From contig OZ024744.1 in the NCBI GenBank assembly GCA_964016885.1, positions 59,210,001 to 59,274,000 on the forward strand: a stretch of 64,000 bases of DNA, written 5' to 3'. The DNA is from Eledone cirrhosa. Taxonomy: Eukaryota. The position numbers and the translations under genes were made by a program. The notes under the pieces were generated by a model. The model was not told where the DNA came from and did no database searches. It was given only the letters and a program-made list of their open reading frames with translations. Positions 26,685 through 40,924 of the stretch are shown piece after piece. Every line of letters begins with the position of its first letter. Position 1 is the stretch's first letter.

Positions 26685-26903
26685 CCCTTTAGCATTTAAA
26701 CTGGCTGTATCCGGCCAAAATTATCACGCCTCTTTCTATTCAAACCAGCCATAACTGGCTGTTTATACATATGTTAAGGTATTGTTCTTAAAATAAATAA
26801 TATCAAAATCTCATAGATTTGATATTGTAAGATAATTATGTGAAATAAAGCATTTACCATGAAAATATAATAGTAAATATAGAGTAATGTAAATGCTAAA
26901 GGG
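26685..26903. mobile_element. piggyBac-like MITE
   Basis: TTAA|CCCTTTAGCATTTA ... TAAATGCTAAAGGG|TTAA: 14-bp TIR, TTAA TSD, no coding capacity. Confidence 0.8.
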
Positions 26904-27517
26904 TTAAACTGAAAACCTTAGTTTGTCCTGCGGGTGTTTTCCACATACAAGTTCAGCATACAGTATTGATTTCAGGATCCTCTGACTATTCAATTATACA
27001 AAGTGTCTGCTCCAATGTATTGGTGTTTGTATATCACTGCTCCAATACTCGAGACATTGGCTCCCATTAAAATCTTTGTGTGGAATCAACATATGATATG
27101 GGTTAAAGATTTCTCATAAAAATGCTCTGCTCAAGAAATTTTATGTGATGCTTGTAAAAGACCAATGTTTCACATGAGTAAAGAGGAGAAGGCATGATAG
27201 GGCATTTTTAGATTTTAACATACAAACACACACATATACACTTTGCCTATCATCCCTTCAAGATCAATAAATAAAGTACCAGTCTAATTCTGGAATCAAT
27301 CTTACTCTATATCTCTTTCTCACTTCTTAATCCTTTTCTCTCATTCTGCCTCTAGAACAAAGCTGCATTCAGACCCTAGAGAGGAATCGACTCTGCCGGG
27401 TTAAAAATGCCCAAGATACCTGCATGTCATGACAAGACTCCTTAACTTCATCAGGAGTTAAGGAGTTTAGATATGTCTGTGTGTTATAGATAAGCGAGTG
27501 AATGTAAATATTAATTT

Positions 27518-27658
27518 ATTGTGATTATGTGGTTAGCCTTGTTACTCTGGAGTTTTTCCAGCGCACTCACAGGATAATCAGACATGATGCTTGTCTGATT
27601 ATCCTGTGAGTACACAGGTGAAACTCCAGAGTAACAAGGCTCACTACATAGTCATAAT
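27518..27658. repeat. Long near-perfect hairpin (~67-bp arms, 7-nt loop)
   Basis: AGCCTTGTTACTCTGGAGTTT...ACTCACAGGATAATCAGACA-TGATGCT-TGTCTGATTATCCTGTGAGT...AAACTCCAGAGTAACAAGGCT. Confidence 0.9.
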
Positions 27659-27680
27659 GAATGATTATCTCTCTCTCTCT

Positions 27681-27746
<66 letters not shown>

Positions 27747-28010
27747 AAGAGAGAGAGAGTGAGAGAGTTTTGTTTAATTTTTGTAAAGAATATCCAAAGT
27801 TGAATTCTTAGGACGAGTTGTGGTATATTTATATTTGAAATGTAAGGTATGGCATATTTTATTTCAATACGTCATGTTAGTATGTTTCATTCTTAACATG
27901 AACTCTATGAATGGATTTGGTATTCAACTAATAAATTAAAAATTTTTTTGTGTGAAACAAAAAGGTTAGATAATTAATCCATGATATTTATAATAATAAT
28001 CAATACAAAC

Positions 28011-28128
28011 CTTGTTACGTTTTTTCCATCACCATCTTCGAATAAGTAACTGAAGTATTTCTCGACTGCAGATTCGGTAAGGACAGCTCTTAGATACGGC
28101 AGATATGAAGGGTGACGAGCAACAACTC
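28011..28128 (-). CDS. AtuA-like exon 11 (VVARHPSYLPYLRAVLTESAVEKYFSYLFEDGDGKNVT-R)
   Basis: atatag|GA...ACAAG|gtttgt; 118 nt; phases 1/2 consistent with neighbours. Confidence 0.92.
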
Positions 28129-28739
28129 CTATATAATAAAAACATTTATATCAGAGAACAACATCACACACATACACACACATGTACATGTATGTATGTA
28201 TGTAGGCGCAGCACATGAAAGAACATGGCAACCAGCTATCGATTCTTGATACCAAAGGCCATGTTTGTAATAGGCCTTCACATCACTGATCTTCACATCG
28301 CAAGACATAGGCAAACTTTCTTTTTTCAGCCTCTTTCCAAGCTATATATATGTAACAAAATCTGTCCACACCTTGACCCCTGGGTGACATTTAACGGTCA
28401 AATTCTGGGTTACCTCTTTTTTGGCGTAAACAAGTCTATGCGTGGGTGATCCCTCGAGGCAGGAGACAGAGGAAGCGACAGATATAAATAGTCTCGCTTA
28501 GACCAAGCAGAGAAAGTTCAGAGCAGTTCTTGAGAGAATAACTATGTAAAACATTTGCTTTCTACAGACCCCTTGGGGTCTACAGACCTTTACTCTCTCT
28601 CTCTCTCCTGGACTTACAGGCTGTCACCTTCTCTGGCCACAGACTATTCACCATAACAGCAAAAACATTGTCAACCATTATAACTTGTAGTAACTTATTC
28701 TTTGTTCATTTATTAACTGAAGTGAAGTATATTTTGTAT

Positions 28740-29630
28740 CAAAACGAAACCATCTATTTTGTGTTATTTCACCTCTAACAACACTTACTAACTTCTCACT
28801 TCGCTTCATGTGTACTTGTCATCTAGCTTCTCTCTTAGTTACCTGGTACATGTCTCTGCTACTCCCATTTTTCCAGTCTTTTTGCACTCGTCTCTTGGCC
28901 TTAATTGCTTTAACCACTGTTCTGTTCCACCACCAGATCACTCTCTGTCTGGCTGGTGCTTTGCTCCAGCCACAAGTTTGCATAGAATTTCTATAAGAAT
29001 TTCTAATTGTCTTTTATATCATATATATCTAACTCATCACCCCTCTCATCAAATGCATTCTGTAAGGCCGTTCTAAAACTATATTTAACAGAAAGGTCTT
29101 TTAGCTTCCATACCCATTTCCATATTATCTTGTTCCGTCTTGTGTTTATTCTGATGTCACTAATAACTAACTTGTGTTAGGTGGAACATTCTTCTTCAGG
29201 GAAGGCCTTAGCATTTATTAGAGTCCATCTATCATATTGTCTTACAAGTAAGAAACCAATCTGGCTTGACCAGTCACCTGATTGGTGATCAGTTGGCTGG
29301 TCAGTCTCCTGAAATTTGTGCTGCAAATGGTTAGTTTATTCACGCCACAGAATTCCAAGAGCATCAAAAATCCTTTTCATTTCTTGATCCATAACCATAG
29401 CTGCCATGAATCCCACTGAATCTATTCTGCACCACATGTTCATTGAAGTCATCTACCAGGATGATATGGTTACTGAGGTTGTCTGTAAAAGTTCCTCATA
29501 GAACTTGTCTTTTTGTTCTTTACTCAGTCCTACCTATTGTGCATAGGTAGATGTAATTGTCACCATTCTATTTCCTACAGCAATCTAAGATTGATGATTC
29601 TGTCACTTACTCTAACTACCTCTATGGTAT
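28740..29630 (-). mobile_element. Old degenerate RTE fragment (APE/linker)
   Basis: Recognisable similarity to 21240-22110 (ttccaccacca, atcagttgg, aattccaagag), with many stops. Confidence 0.6.
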
Positions 29631-30344
29631 TTCTATTGCAGTACACGACTAGTACTTATTTTATTGGCAAACAGAAAAAATAAAGTCACAGGGAAATAAG
29701 TCACACTTTTGTCTTATTAAAAAAGTCATATTCCATTTAAATAGTTATTGTAATTAATCATAATATTTTAAGTCAATTTTTCCTGTGGCTTTTCACTGGA
29801 ACTTTAATCTATTGGATTTGTAAACAAATTCAACATGCAAAATGTATGTTAAAGTAATGATGATGGTGACGATTATGTCGATGATGATAATGATGATTAT
29901 GACGAGGATGATGATTTATAAATCATAAAATATACATATATTTAAAGAATATTTGTAAACTTATCCAACATATAAAATATATGTTAAAGTAATGACGACG
30001 ATAATGATGATGATGACGATTAATGTCGACGATGATGATGATGACGATGATGATGGTGATGACGATTATGACGATGATGATGTTGATGATTTATTGACCA
30101 TAGAATACATATATCTAAAGAATATTTTTAAATATAGGTCACGGTCACCTAAATACCAATGAAGTAACACCACACCATCTTGTCAATTCCCCCTCCTCCT
30201 CCTCCTTATCATTGTCATCATCCTCTTCATAATTGTTGATGTTATCCTCATTATCATCGTCACCATCATCGACATCATCATCACAATCATCGTCATCATT
30301 ATCATCAATCACCATTGAAATCATTGTTCTTATCATCTTCATTC

Positions 30345-30610
30345 ATTCATTCACTCATTTCATTTTACGTCCACTTTTCCCTGCTTGCAAGGGTGGGACG
30401 GGAACTGATTCTGGCTTGATTTCTACAGCTGGATGCCCTTCCTAACACCAACCTCATTTACAGTGACTGCTGGGTGCTTTTTTGCCATGGCACCTCCACG
30501 ACCACTTTGCAGTGGAATGATAGGGAACCCAGTCCCTATCATCTCATTTCTACAGCTGAGTAAACTGGAGCAATGTGAAATAAAGTGTCTTGCTCAACGA
30601 AACAAGACAT
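30345..30610 (-). mobile_element. SINE family S1, 5'-truncated
   Basis: Matches 12680-12935. Confidence 0.8.
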
Positions 30611-31689
30611 CTCCCTTGCCGTCCTCCGGGGAAACGCCTTCTCCATTCTGTCCGCCAGGGCTGTGGGTGGGCCCCATCTCGTACCGTTGTAGTTGTTGTA
30701 TACAGATATTAACTCGTCAATCCCATTGTCCTAATCCATAAAATTTATTTACATTATTATCACACTATCCTTATCATTCTTGAAGTCGTTGAATACCCCC
30801 GGATTAAAGCAGACCTATGTCCAAAGATATTCCACCTTTATAGAGGTATCCATGAATACCATTATTCAATGTGGCCTTCCCATTATTAAAAGATAGATTT
30901 CACGGATATTTGGTTGTTATTTCTAGTAAGTTGGCAATCTCTTAGATGCTGTCTTGTTTGAAGTCAATGATATTGCCATCATCACCATTCTCATTTTTAT
31001 TGTCACTTAGGCCATATTATAAGGCGGTCGTGCTGGTGACACAACAAAAACTACCCAGTCCATCCTTTAAGATGGTTGTTTTTGTACCATGATAAAAAGT
31101 ACCCAGTTCACACTCTAATGCAATTGGCATTAGGAATGGCATCCAGTTGAAAAAAAGCTAAGCCAGAAACAGTCCCATGTGAGCAAAACATGGTCACCTG
31201 ACCTAACCTGTCTGACAGAACAAACTCGCTGTATCAGTTAACTGTCAGGACATTGCATCCTTTAAAACATTCATGCTTCCCGAAATTCGCCAACACTAGA
31301 CCTGATATTCGTCCTCCATACACACTCACGCATGGATCTATGTGTATATCATGACTCATACACTGTTCACTTTCCTGACATTTATACATTATTCTATGTA
31401 CTATATATGCACCTTTGATGAGTTGTAGTGCACCTGAGCACTGTACACAATAATTTTAATTATTATTATTTTTATATTTACGGGACATGCTTTGAAGCAT
31501 AGAGTTACGTCCCTTTACGAACTGAGTTCAAATCCCGCCGAGGTTAACTTTGCCTTTCATCCTTACGGGGTCAATAAAATAAAGTACCAGTAATACACTG
31601 GGTAATTGCTGGCCTTGTGCCTAAAGTAGAAACAATCATTATGTGACAACCCGTCTAATCCATGCAAGTGTGGAAAATAGATGTTAAAC

Positions 31690-32765
31690 AGTGATGATGA
31701 TGATGATGTTGAATATAATCACCGTCACTGTCACCAGTGCCATCCTACCCATCATCACTACCACCACCACCATCATCATCACTACCATTGTCATCATTAC
31801 TATCATCACAAACACCACCACCATTGTCGTCATCGTCATCATCATCATTATCCTTGCTATCATCGTTGTCATCATCACTATCATCACAATCCTCATTACC
31901 ACCACCACCATCATCATCACCATCACCACCACCACAACTGTCACCATCACCACCACCACTGTCACCACCATCACCACCACCACTGTCACCATCACCACCA
32001 CCACCACCACCACCACTGTCACCATCACCAGTCACCACCACCACCACTGTCACCACCACCACCACCACCACTGTCACCATCACCACCACCACCACTGTCA
32101 CCATCACCACCACCACTGTCACCACCACCACCACTGTCACCACCACCACCACCACTGTCACCATCACCACCACCACCACTGTCACCATCACCACCACCAC
32201 CACTGTCACCATCACCACCACCACCACCACCACCACTGTCACCATCACCAGTCACCACCACCACCACCACTGTCACCATCACCACCACCACCACTGTCAT
32301 CATCACCACCACCACTGTCACCACCACCACCACTGTCACCACCACCACCACCACCATCAACATTATCGTTATTATCCTAGCTATCATCTACAACATTACT
32401 ATCCCTGTCATCACCATCTTCAATACAGCTAACATCATCACTATCATCATCATCATCACTATTTCAATCACCATCACCATCATCACCATCCATCACCATA
32501 ATTACTATAGCCATCATTGTTACCATCAACATCGTTATCATCATAACCACCACCATCATCATCACCATAATCATTATAGCCATCATTGTTACCACCATCA
32601 TCCTCACTATATTAACCACCATCATCATAATAACCATCATCATCACCATAACCATTATAGCCATCACTGTTACCATCATCATCATCCTCACTATTTCAAT
32701 CATCATCATCATCATAACCACCATCACCACCACCATAGTCATTATAACCAGTCATGATCACCACC
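31690..32765. repeat. Compound (CAC/CAT)n microsatellite with higher-order CCACTGTCACCATCA units
   Basis: Visible triplet repeats; explains the His/Thr/Pro-rich spurious ORFs. Confidence 0.95.
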
Positions 32766-32817
32766 AACACAATGAAATGAGACACAATATAGTGTTTTGT
32801 AAACCCAATATAATTAC

Positions 32818-33028
32818 CGATATTAGCTGAGTTTCCTTTGTCTCCACTGCGTGTATATGCCAGGTCTTTTAGGTAAAACTCACAATTACCAGATGGTAAG
32901 GTAGACTCTTTTTCTTCTTCATTGGTGTCTGGAGATGTTCCAGGAACAGGGACATTTTCTTTAGATGTTGATAAACAATTGGAATGGTGGTAGCTTTCTT
33001 TCAGTTCTCCATTCAAGTAAATCTTCAC
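32818..33028 (-). CDS. AtuA-like exon 10: linker and start of C-terminal domain (...LKDLAYTRSGDKGNSANI-G)
   Basis: attag|GTG...ATCG|gtaatt; 211 nt; L..LA..RSGDKG..ANIG is the signature of the AtuA C-terminal domain. Confidence 0.93.
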
Positions 33029-33930
33029 CTAATAATAATAATAATAATAATTATAATAATAATAAGTGTTTCTATATTAGGCACAAGGCCAGCAATTTTG
33101 GGGGAGTGGGAAAGTTGATTAAATCGACCCCAGTGCATTACTGTTGTGTTATTTTATCGACCCCCATAAGAATGAAAGGCCAAGCTAACCATGGTGGGAT
33201 TTGAACTCAGAATGTAAAGGGCCATAACTCTATGCTGCAAAGTATAGTGTCCAACGCTCTACCGATACTGCCAATCCACCGCCTTTATAATAATACACAT
33301 GCGGCTTAGAAAAGAAATATCTTCATCAATATAACCGAATGGTGTTACGCTATTCTGTTCAAACTGACCATAACTAGCCCCTCATACTACCATTAAAGTA
33401 TAGTTCCCAAAATAAATAATATCAAAATCTCATAGGTTCAATATTATGAGATAATTATGTAAGATAAAGCCTTTACCACAAAAATATAATAGTATATATA
33501 GAGTAATGTAAATGGTAAAGGGTTAAGTTACCAGTGAAAAACATTTATTTTAAACATTTATAATAAAAACCTTTAAAATAATTAAAAAGCAAGCTGTTTC
33601 CATTGCCTTGTATAATTGTTCTATTTTTTATTTACCTTGGTCTGCAAAACATAAAAACCTTTCCAATCACTCATTTATTTGAAGGAAGAAAAGCAGCACC
33701 TGCGACTCTTTAGAAATGAAGTATCTTGCTCAAGAACACAATACACCACCTGCTTTAGGAATCAAACCCACAACCTTATGAGTGAACTGTAGCAATGTAC
33801 TTTGCTCAAAGACACAATGCACCACCCAGTTTTGAAATCATAACTACACTCATATGATCATGAGCTCAACACTAGGATACATGTTTTCACATGGAGGAGA
33901 GAAGGAGGGGAATTATGAATTATAACTTAC

Positions 33931-33982
33931 ATCAAATTTATTTTTTGGATGCAGGAATGAAAACAACTTCAACACTGGTGAC
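33931..33982 (-). CDS. AtuA/DUF1446-like exon 9 (SPVLKLFSFLHPKNKFD)
   Basis: ttccag|G...TTTGAT|gtaagt; 52 nt; SPVL.LFSFL.PK motif. Confidence 0.9.
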
Positions 33983-35304
33983 CTGGAAATATAAGTAAAA
34001 TTAAACGCCCAAATTAATCTGGTACAATTTGTTAACCATGTTAGTTATTTATAAAGGAAAAGAGCCAATCATAAGATTAAAGAAAGGAAACTATGTTTCC
34101 ATTGGTCTTTCCATTGTTGATACTATCTATCGATTACAATTCCTGGTAGGAGACAGGATTTGAACTCAGAAAGTAAAAAAAACCTAGATTAAATACCACA
34201 ACCCTGCATGCTCTGATGGATGTGCGATAATAATATACAAAGCGTAAATGAACTGAGAGAGAAATTGAGCCTAAGAGAGATCAGATGCAGTGTGCCATGT
34301 AATGCGCATGAAACGATGACAGCTGTATAAAAAGGTGGGATGAGGTGATAAAAGCTGACCTTACACAATTGCACCTTGCAAAGACAATGACACAAGATCG
34401 ATCACACCACCCTTACACTGTAAAGTTGTCGTGTTGGTATCACAACAAAAAGTACCCAGCCCACACTGAAAAGTGGTTGTAGGTGTCACAACAAAAAACT
34501 TCCTACTGACACTGTAAAGTGTCAGCAAGGTCGGAATGTTGCCTCACCATCAATCCTATGTGTGTACTCGAGCCTCTGCCCTTCTAAAATCCCGGAGAGC
34601 TCAATTTGCTGGCCACTGTCACCGTGCCGGCAATGAAATCATATCCGTTCTCTTGCTCTGGAACCCTGACTCCAGCCTGACTAGGAGTAGGAAGCTGTCA
34701 TTCCCTGACGTTATCTCTAGGGATACGGGAATCAGCAGACAAGACCTGGGGCAGCGATGGGGGACAGGGGATTCTGGGGCATGAGAGTGAGATCCATCAT
34801 CTCGACAGTAGTCGACGAGTGGTGGTGGTGATGTGTGTACTTCGAATGAATTTGTTGAACAAATTGTAAACAATGATATCAAAATCATTGGCTATCGATT
34901 TAAACCTTTATTATTGTATGTATATATATATCGATTTAAACCCTTATTGTACACACACAAGCGCACAATTTATTTTAACATGAGTATGTTCTTAATATAC
35001 AGTACAAGAGCACGCATGAATGTCCCCCCCCCCCCCACACACACAATCACAATAGGGCTCCTTCGTTTATTGTGAGAAATGCTACTACATAATATGTACC
35101 GTATTTAATTTATAAAATAATGTTACTCTTTCGTATGAATAACAAAATTATGATGTGAAAATGTTATAAAGGTTGTCTCCCCTAACGTTATTTAAATTTT
35201 TTTTTTTTTTGCAATGTTGTCCCTTGACTAGTACGTGTATATTTTCAGTCTTTTTAGCCGTGACTAATATGGGCCAGATTTCTTCTGTATATAATATATT
35301 TAAT

Positions 35305-35832
35305 GATGTGGTTGAGAGGAAGAGCAAAGCCTGGGCGGCGTGCCACAGTTTGAGATCGGTGTGGAAGTCGGACCTTCGTAAATACCTGAAGATCCGCCTC
35401 TTCATTGCTGTAGTGGAGTCTGTGCTGCTGTACGGGTCTGAGACTTGGACACTGACCAAGAAACTCACTCAGATGGTGGATGGTTGCTTCACGAGAATGC
35501 TGAGGATGGCTCTGAACATTAATCAGCATACACTGAAGATGAAAAACTCAGAGCTGTATGGGAGCATCCCAAAAGTTAGCTCAAAAGTGACAGAGAGGAG
35601 ACTGAGGTTAGCTGGACATGCTCACCGACATCCAGAGTTGACACTGCACTCGGTGTTCCTGTGGGAGCCCCTACATGGACACACTGGAAGAGGAAGACCA
35701 AGGTTAACGTATGCTGATGCCCTAAGGACAGACACTGGTCTGTTGGAGACGCGGGACATGGCAGCGATAATGAGGGTCAGAGACCGCTGGAAAGAACTCG
35801 TCCATGGATCTTGGGAATTTTACCCACCCTAG
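35305..35832 (+). mobile_element. 3' fragment of a different RTE-group LINE
   Basis: ORF with KIRLF.A.VESVLLYGSETWTLTK...RRLRLAGH...GRGRP; a related-type fragment lies at ~34570-34830. Confidence 0.8.
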
Positions 35833-37615
35833 ATACATAGATATATATACACACACACACACACATATATACATACACACATATACACATACTCATACAC
35901 GAACCGACGAGGGAGCCCTAACTCTAACTCAAAACATAACCAACCTTAAGTCTTACGAATCCTAACCCTAAAATGTACATATACAATGAATCTTGAGAAA
36001 CAAACGAGATATTTTCGTTTTCTTGTTTTGAGATCTATTGTGAAAGATCCCCGTTTTTGTTGTGTGGATCGAATACATTCCAGGACTGACCTTCCTGTCT
36101 TTTTTCCTATGTATAGTGAACACAGGACCGCCTTATCCAACATGCCCTTTACACAACCGTTCATTGGGTATTTAGCGCCTTTACAAGAAAAATAAATTAC
36201 TGTTTTGTAAGTTGACAATTCTAGTTTTTGACACTTCTGCCTCTGACCACAAACACCCACGCCAAATAAAGTGAAGGGTTATAACACCTTGTGACCCTCG
36301 CAACCGCTATGGATATTTTCATAACATTAATACGCAACTGATTTTTAGCGATTTATTTATTACTCGCAGGATTTTATTAAATATTCAAGTTAATTATACA
36401 AATTTGTACAAAACTATGATCATTTGAGACCCAATAATGTGCCCCTAGGGGCAGCTGCCTAGTTCGCCTTAATGGTAGCACCAGGCTTGTTCTTTTTTCC
36501 AAGACGTTGAAGGTGTGATTTGAGAGAGATTTGGCTGCAAGCTCGTAGTCTCTTGATGATTTCCATTGGCCGATAACTCTCATTGTTAATTAGAGTTCAC
36601 TCCCTTGGCGTGGAAATTATTGAAGTGTTGAGAGAAAAATGCGTTACCGTTTCCACCACCACCATCCGTATTCCCATGCATGCATGGGTTAGACAAGTCT
36701 TATCCAGCACACCATCCCTTCACATGTCTCCTTCGTTTGTCATCTTATTTGTGGAGTTCAGCATCTTGACGTCTATCCTAGTTTCCCCCCAGCCCACCTC
36801 TTCCACATTTTGGAACTCCTGACAGGAACTAGTCTTTAGATCACGCCAAGGAAACTATGTTTCCATTCGTCTTTCCGTTGCTGATATTATCTGTTAGCTG
36901 CAATTCCTAACAAAAGGAGGCAGAATTTGAGAATGCACAGAGCCGTATCAAACATGAACTCATTTGAATATTCAAACAATCAATCACCCCAGGACTGGTA
37001 CGTGTTTTTATAAAAAGCTTGAAAGGATGAATGTTGATCCTGTTGGGATATGTAGTCAGAATGCATGGAGCCAGAATAAATATCACAAAGCATTTAGTCC
37101 AATGCTCGAATTATTTTGCCATTCCATTGCCCTAAAGAATCATAGTTTCTAATTTGGGCACTAGGTCAGCAATTTACAGAATGGAAAGGTTGATTATAAT
37201 CAACCCCAGAAGGATGAAAAACAAAGAATATAACGAGCCAGAACAAATACTGCAAAGCATTTTGTTTTATACTCTATTGATTCTGTTAAATGCACCACCT
37301 ACCTGCCACAAATAATATCAACAACATATACAGATAGATACATAGCCATACATATACATAGCTATAACCCCAGGACTTACAAATATATACCACACACATA
37401 CAGAAAATAACCCTATGAGACATTGCATATATCTTATGAAGAATAATTTCAGCAGAGTGAGCCAGAAAAATTCTGAAGCATTTAATCCAATGCTCTAAGG
37501 ACTCAGCCAATTCACACAACAATTATCAAAAATAGAAACAAAAACAACATGGATGTTAAGATATTAAATAAATTAAATAAATTATTTGAGGAATCAGCAA
37601 GGTAAAGTTACTTAC

Positions 37616-37655
37616 ACTTTTGGTCTTCCTCCTACAATAGCTGTTAACCCTGGAG
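37616..37655 (-). CDS. AtuA/DUF1446-like exon 8 (PGLTAIVGGRPK-V)
   Basis: tttcag|CT...AAAGT|gtaagt; 40-nt small exon; GGRP motif. Confidence 0.9.
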
Positions 37656-38632
37656 CTGAAAACAAACATTAATATTATTAGAAGAAACTAGACCATCCAT
37701 GACCCGTTGGGTCACAGGTAGTCTAGTTGTTTTGCCATTTTGGTTACACAGCAAAACGGGATCTCTTCTTGACTGTCTTTAACTTAACTGCATTAAGGCT
37801 TCTCAGAAATGAAACAATGGTTATCACGGAGCTGTTGGCTATTTATGAAGGTACCCTGAAAAACCCCATATCTTGGGAACTCATGCTCCAATTTATGCAA
37901 AACTTGTTTTATTCCATTTGTATTCCCATTTCAGGGGCAACTTCCTTTCAAAGTATTTTCCCATTATGTTCCGTTTTGGCTGTTTTACATTACAGACAAA
38001 ACACAATCACAGAGTTTTAGTAGTATATAGATATAAAAGACAATATGAGGACATATATGAACAACGGACACTTGAATGAAGGGTATTAATGTTGTTGGGT
38101 AATCTTATTTGAGTAGAGATCAAAAGTGCCAACGATACCATTAGGCCAACTAAGCATAGATCTCAGACACAGACCTCAAAGAGACACATGACTTAAAACT
38201 TTGATATTTAAAAGTTCAGTTTTTATACAAATTTATATAATTTAATATAATCTATAATCATTTCCTGCAATCAATAATTTAAATGATAAAAATTATTGCT
38301 ATGTAACAACTTTGTGGAAATATTCAAAGTGGTAGAGAGGTTCCTATGGTACTATAACCCTTTAACATGATTTTGTGTAGGTGGGTGTGGACTACATAAT
38401 AAAAAACTGAAGGCTTAGTTATTTTCTTAGTGTAGACAGAACAAGAAGCGTCTTCTATTGTTTCCCATTGACTTGTGAGTGAAATTTGGTAAACCGAAAC
38501 TGTGCCCAACCCTATAATATATATATATGTATATATATATAGTAATAAAATAAATGTGAAGACTAAAATCTGAAGAGGGCTCGATAAGGATAATATATAT
38601 ATTAAAATATATAAAACCATAGAGCAAATATT

Positions 38633-38736
38633 TATTAAAATAACAGATTAAAGATTGATTTTTTTTAGTTGCAGAAGATCCCGTTATGGGTGAATGCAGC
38701 GATTCTTTGCTTAAACTGTAATCTGTTATTTTAATA
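38633..38736 (+). mobile_element. Solo terminal fragment of Penelope family P2 with an inverted 18-bp end
   Basis: Matches 18655-18725; tattaaaataacagatta is the reverse complement of taatctgttattttaata; followed by (TA)n. Confidence 0.75.
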
Positions 38737-39697
38737 TATATATATTTGAGGTTGTATGTGTGTGTGTCGCTGAAAGGTTCCAAAATGGTGTATCCTAGAG
38801 AAAAAGGAATTTGATCTTTGAAATCTAGGTCCCAAGGAGAAGGTATTTGGGCACACAGAGTTACTTAATTCCAAAAATAATAAAATTAAATAAAAAAAAT
38901 AAGAAAACAGTAATACTATCAATCACTGTTACTGAGACAATTTAAGTAATTTGGCTTTCATTGATCATCTCATGTATTCTTTCAATGTGACCTTGTTATT
39001 CCATCCATCTATGCTGTTAGCAGAAGGTACTGTTTTCGCTATGAGTTGTCACAGAGGTCACCCGATGTTTATGTGAAGATGTCCACACTAAAATATACAG
39101 CAAGCCACTGAAGCCACTGATACCACAACAACATTAGCTCCACTGAGTAAATATCCATAGAAACTACCTTGGGGATGATTGACAATTGATAAGGATGAGC
39201 CACAGGGAATAAGTAATAGGAGATGTGGTATGGGGGAGACATTGTCTGACATGGAATAAAAAACTGAAAGAAAGGCATTCTATGGTGAAAATTGCCTGGC
39301 AACAACAAGCTACTCTGTTAGTGTATATATAATATATTTATATAAAAACATGACAACCTCTCTAGTGCTGGTGCCACAACAAAATGCATTCCATAGAACC
39401 TGAGACCATATGTAAGTGAGATGCAGACTCCCAGCCTGTCTGGGAGGTCAGTAGACCTGTTTCAGTACTGACTCTAATTAGCAGGGAAAGCAGACATTAA
39501 ATTATGATGATGCTATATGTTTGTGTATGTCAGCTGTATCTTACATCTACACCACTTTTAGTGTTTGTTCATGTCTTGTAACCTAGCAGTTTGACACATA
39601 CACAAAACAAAATCACCTAAAACCATTCAAGGTAGTACTCCAGCATAGCGGCCATCTAATGGCTGAAGCCAGTAAGAGATTAAATAAATAAACATAC

Positions 39698-39794
39698 CCA
39701 TGCCAGTCCCAGCTGGTGCTATCTCTCTGGCCAATATCTCTAATGCTTGTTTCTTGGGATGGTGTGCTGCCATCCAAACTGCCAGTTGTCGATG
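39698..39794 (-). CDS. AtuA/DUF1446-like exon 7 (HRQLAVWMAAHHPKKQALEILAREIAPAGTGM-A)
   Basis: cataag|CAT...ATGG|gtatgt; 97 nt; REIAPAGTGMAPG motif across the junction. The acceptor position is slightly less certain. Confidence 0.88.
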
Positions 39795-40924
39795 CTTATG
39801 ATATAGAAATAGAATAAACAAAAAATATCAAAAGTAAAAATATTAAAAATCATATTTTTTTTATTCTTTCGCTGGTCTCAGCCATTAGACTGCAACTATG
39901 CTGTAGCATTTCTTGAGGGTTTTATGTCTATCATATCTACCTCAAGTCTGGTACTTATTTTATGTAACTTGTTCAACAAGATACATAAAGAAAAACATTA
40001 ATTACTTGAAAAAGTAAGTACTGGGGTTGATATTATTGATTAAAACCCTTCAAGGTAGTAAACCCAGCATGACCATGTAAAAAGAGTAAAAGAGAGATTT
40101 TCTGTAAAACTGCAGAGCTCTGACAAAATTAGCTGACTTGAAAAGCTCTTGGGTTATGTGATTTCAGAACGGAAGTGAAGTAAGATGTAGAGATCATCGA
40201 TGCAGAACAAAAGATGACCGAGCTGTTGTTAATTATACAGTGATTATGTTGCATATAGCATACCTTATTATACCTATTTATGAGGGATCCTCTGATGGTT
40301 TCAATGACTGTTCCTTTTCTTTGATCGATTCAATGTCCAACTAATTATATTAACATGTAAATGGTTGAATATTCCACAGACATATATTTAATGTAAATCT
40401 CAGGGAAACTCAGTATGAAATAGTATGTGATAAAGTTTCCCCTTGAATTACAGATATATTCCATCCAAATGGGTTTCAAAACAATTTACATCTACCCAAT
40501 TTTAAGAGATTTAAAGACATTTGCTAAAGATGCCATTCAGTGGTCAAACCTGGAACCTCATGATTGCGTAACAAACTTTTCAACCACTCAGCCATACTTG
40601 TATCCATGACTTAGGATGCAGTGATGGTAGCAAGATATAAACTTTCATCAAGATATGACACTCTCTAGTAAATATTCATGAATCTCCAATCTTTTACAAA
40701 GGACAGGCATGGTTGTCTGGTTAAGAAGTTCACTTCGTAATCATATGGTCTTGGAGTCTATCTCACTGCATGTCAACTTATGCAAGTGTCTTCTACGATA
40801 GTTCAACATTGCCAAATAAGTCCCATTGCAGGTGATGGTTGGCATCAGTAAGGGAATCTGGTCTTTCCATTGCAGATAATATCTACTGGTTGACCCTAAA
40901 AGCAGATAGGGTCTTAAAACTGGG

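Noticed and set aside
31681-32757. His/Pro/Thr-rich ORFs as real proteins
   Set aside because: These are translations of a CAC/CAT microsatellite that is open in several frames on both strands.
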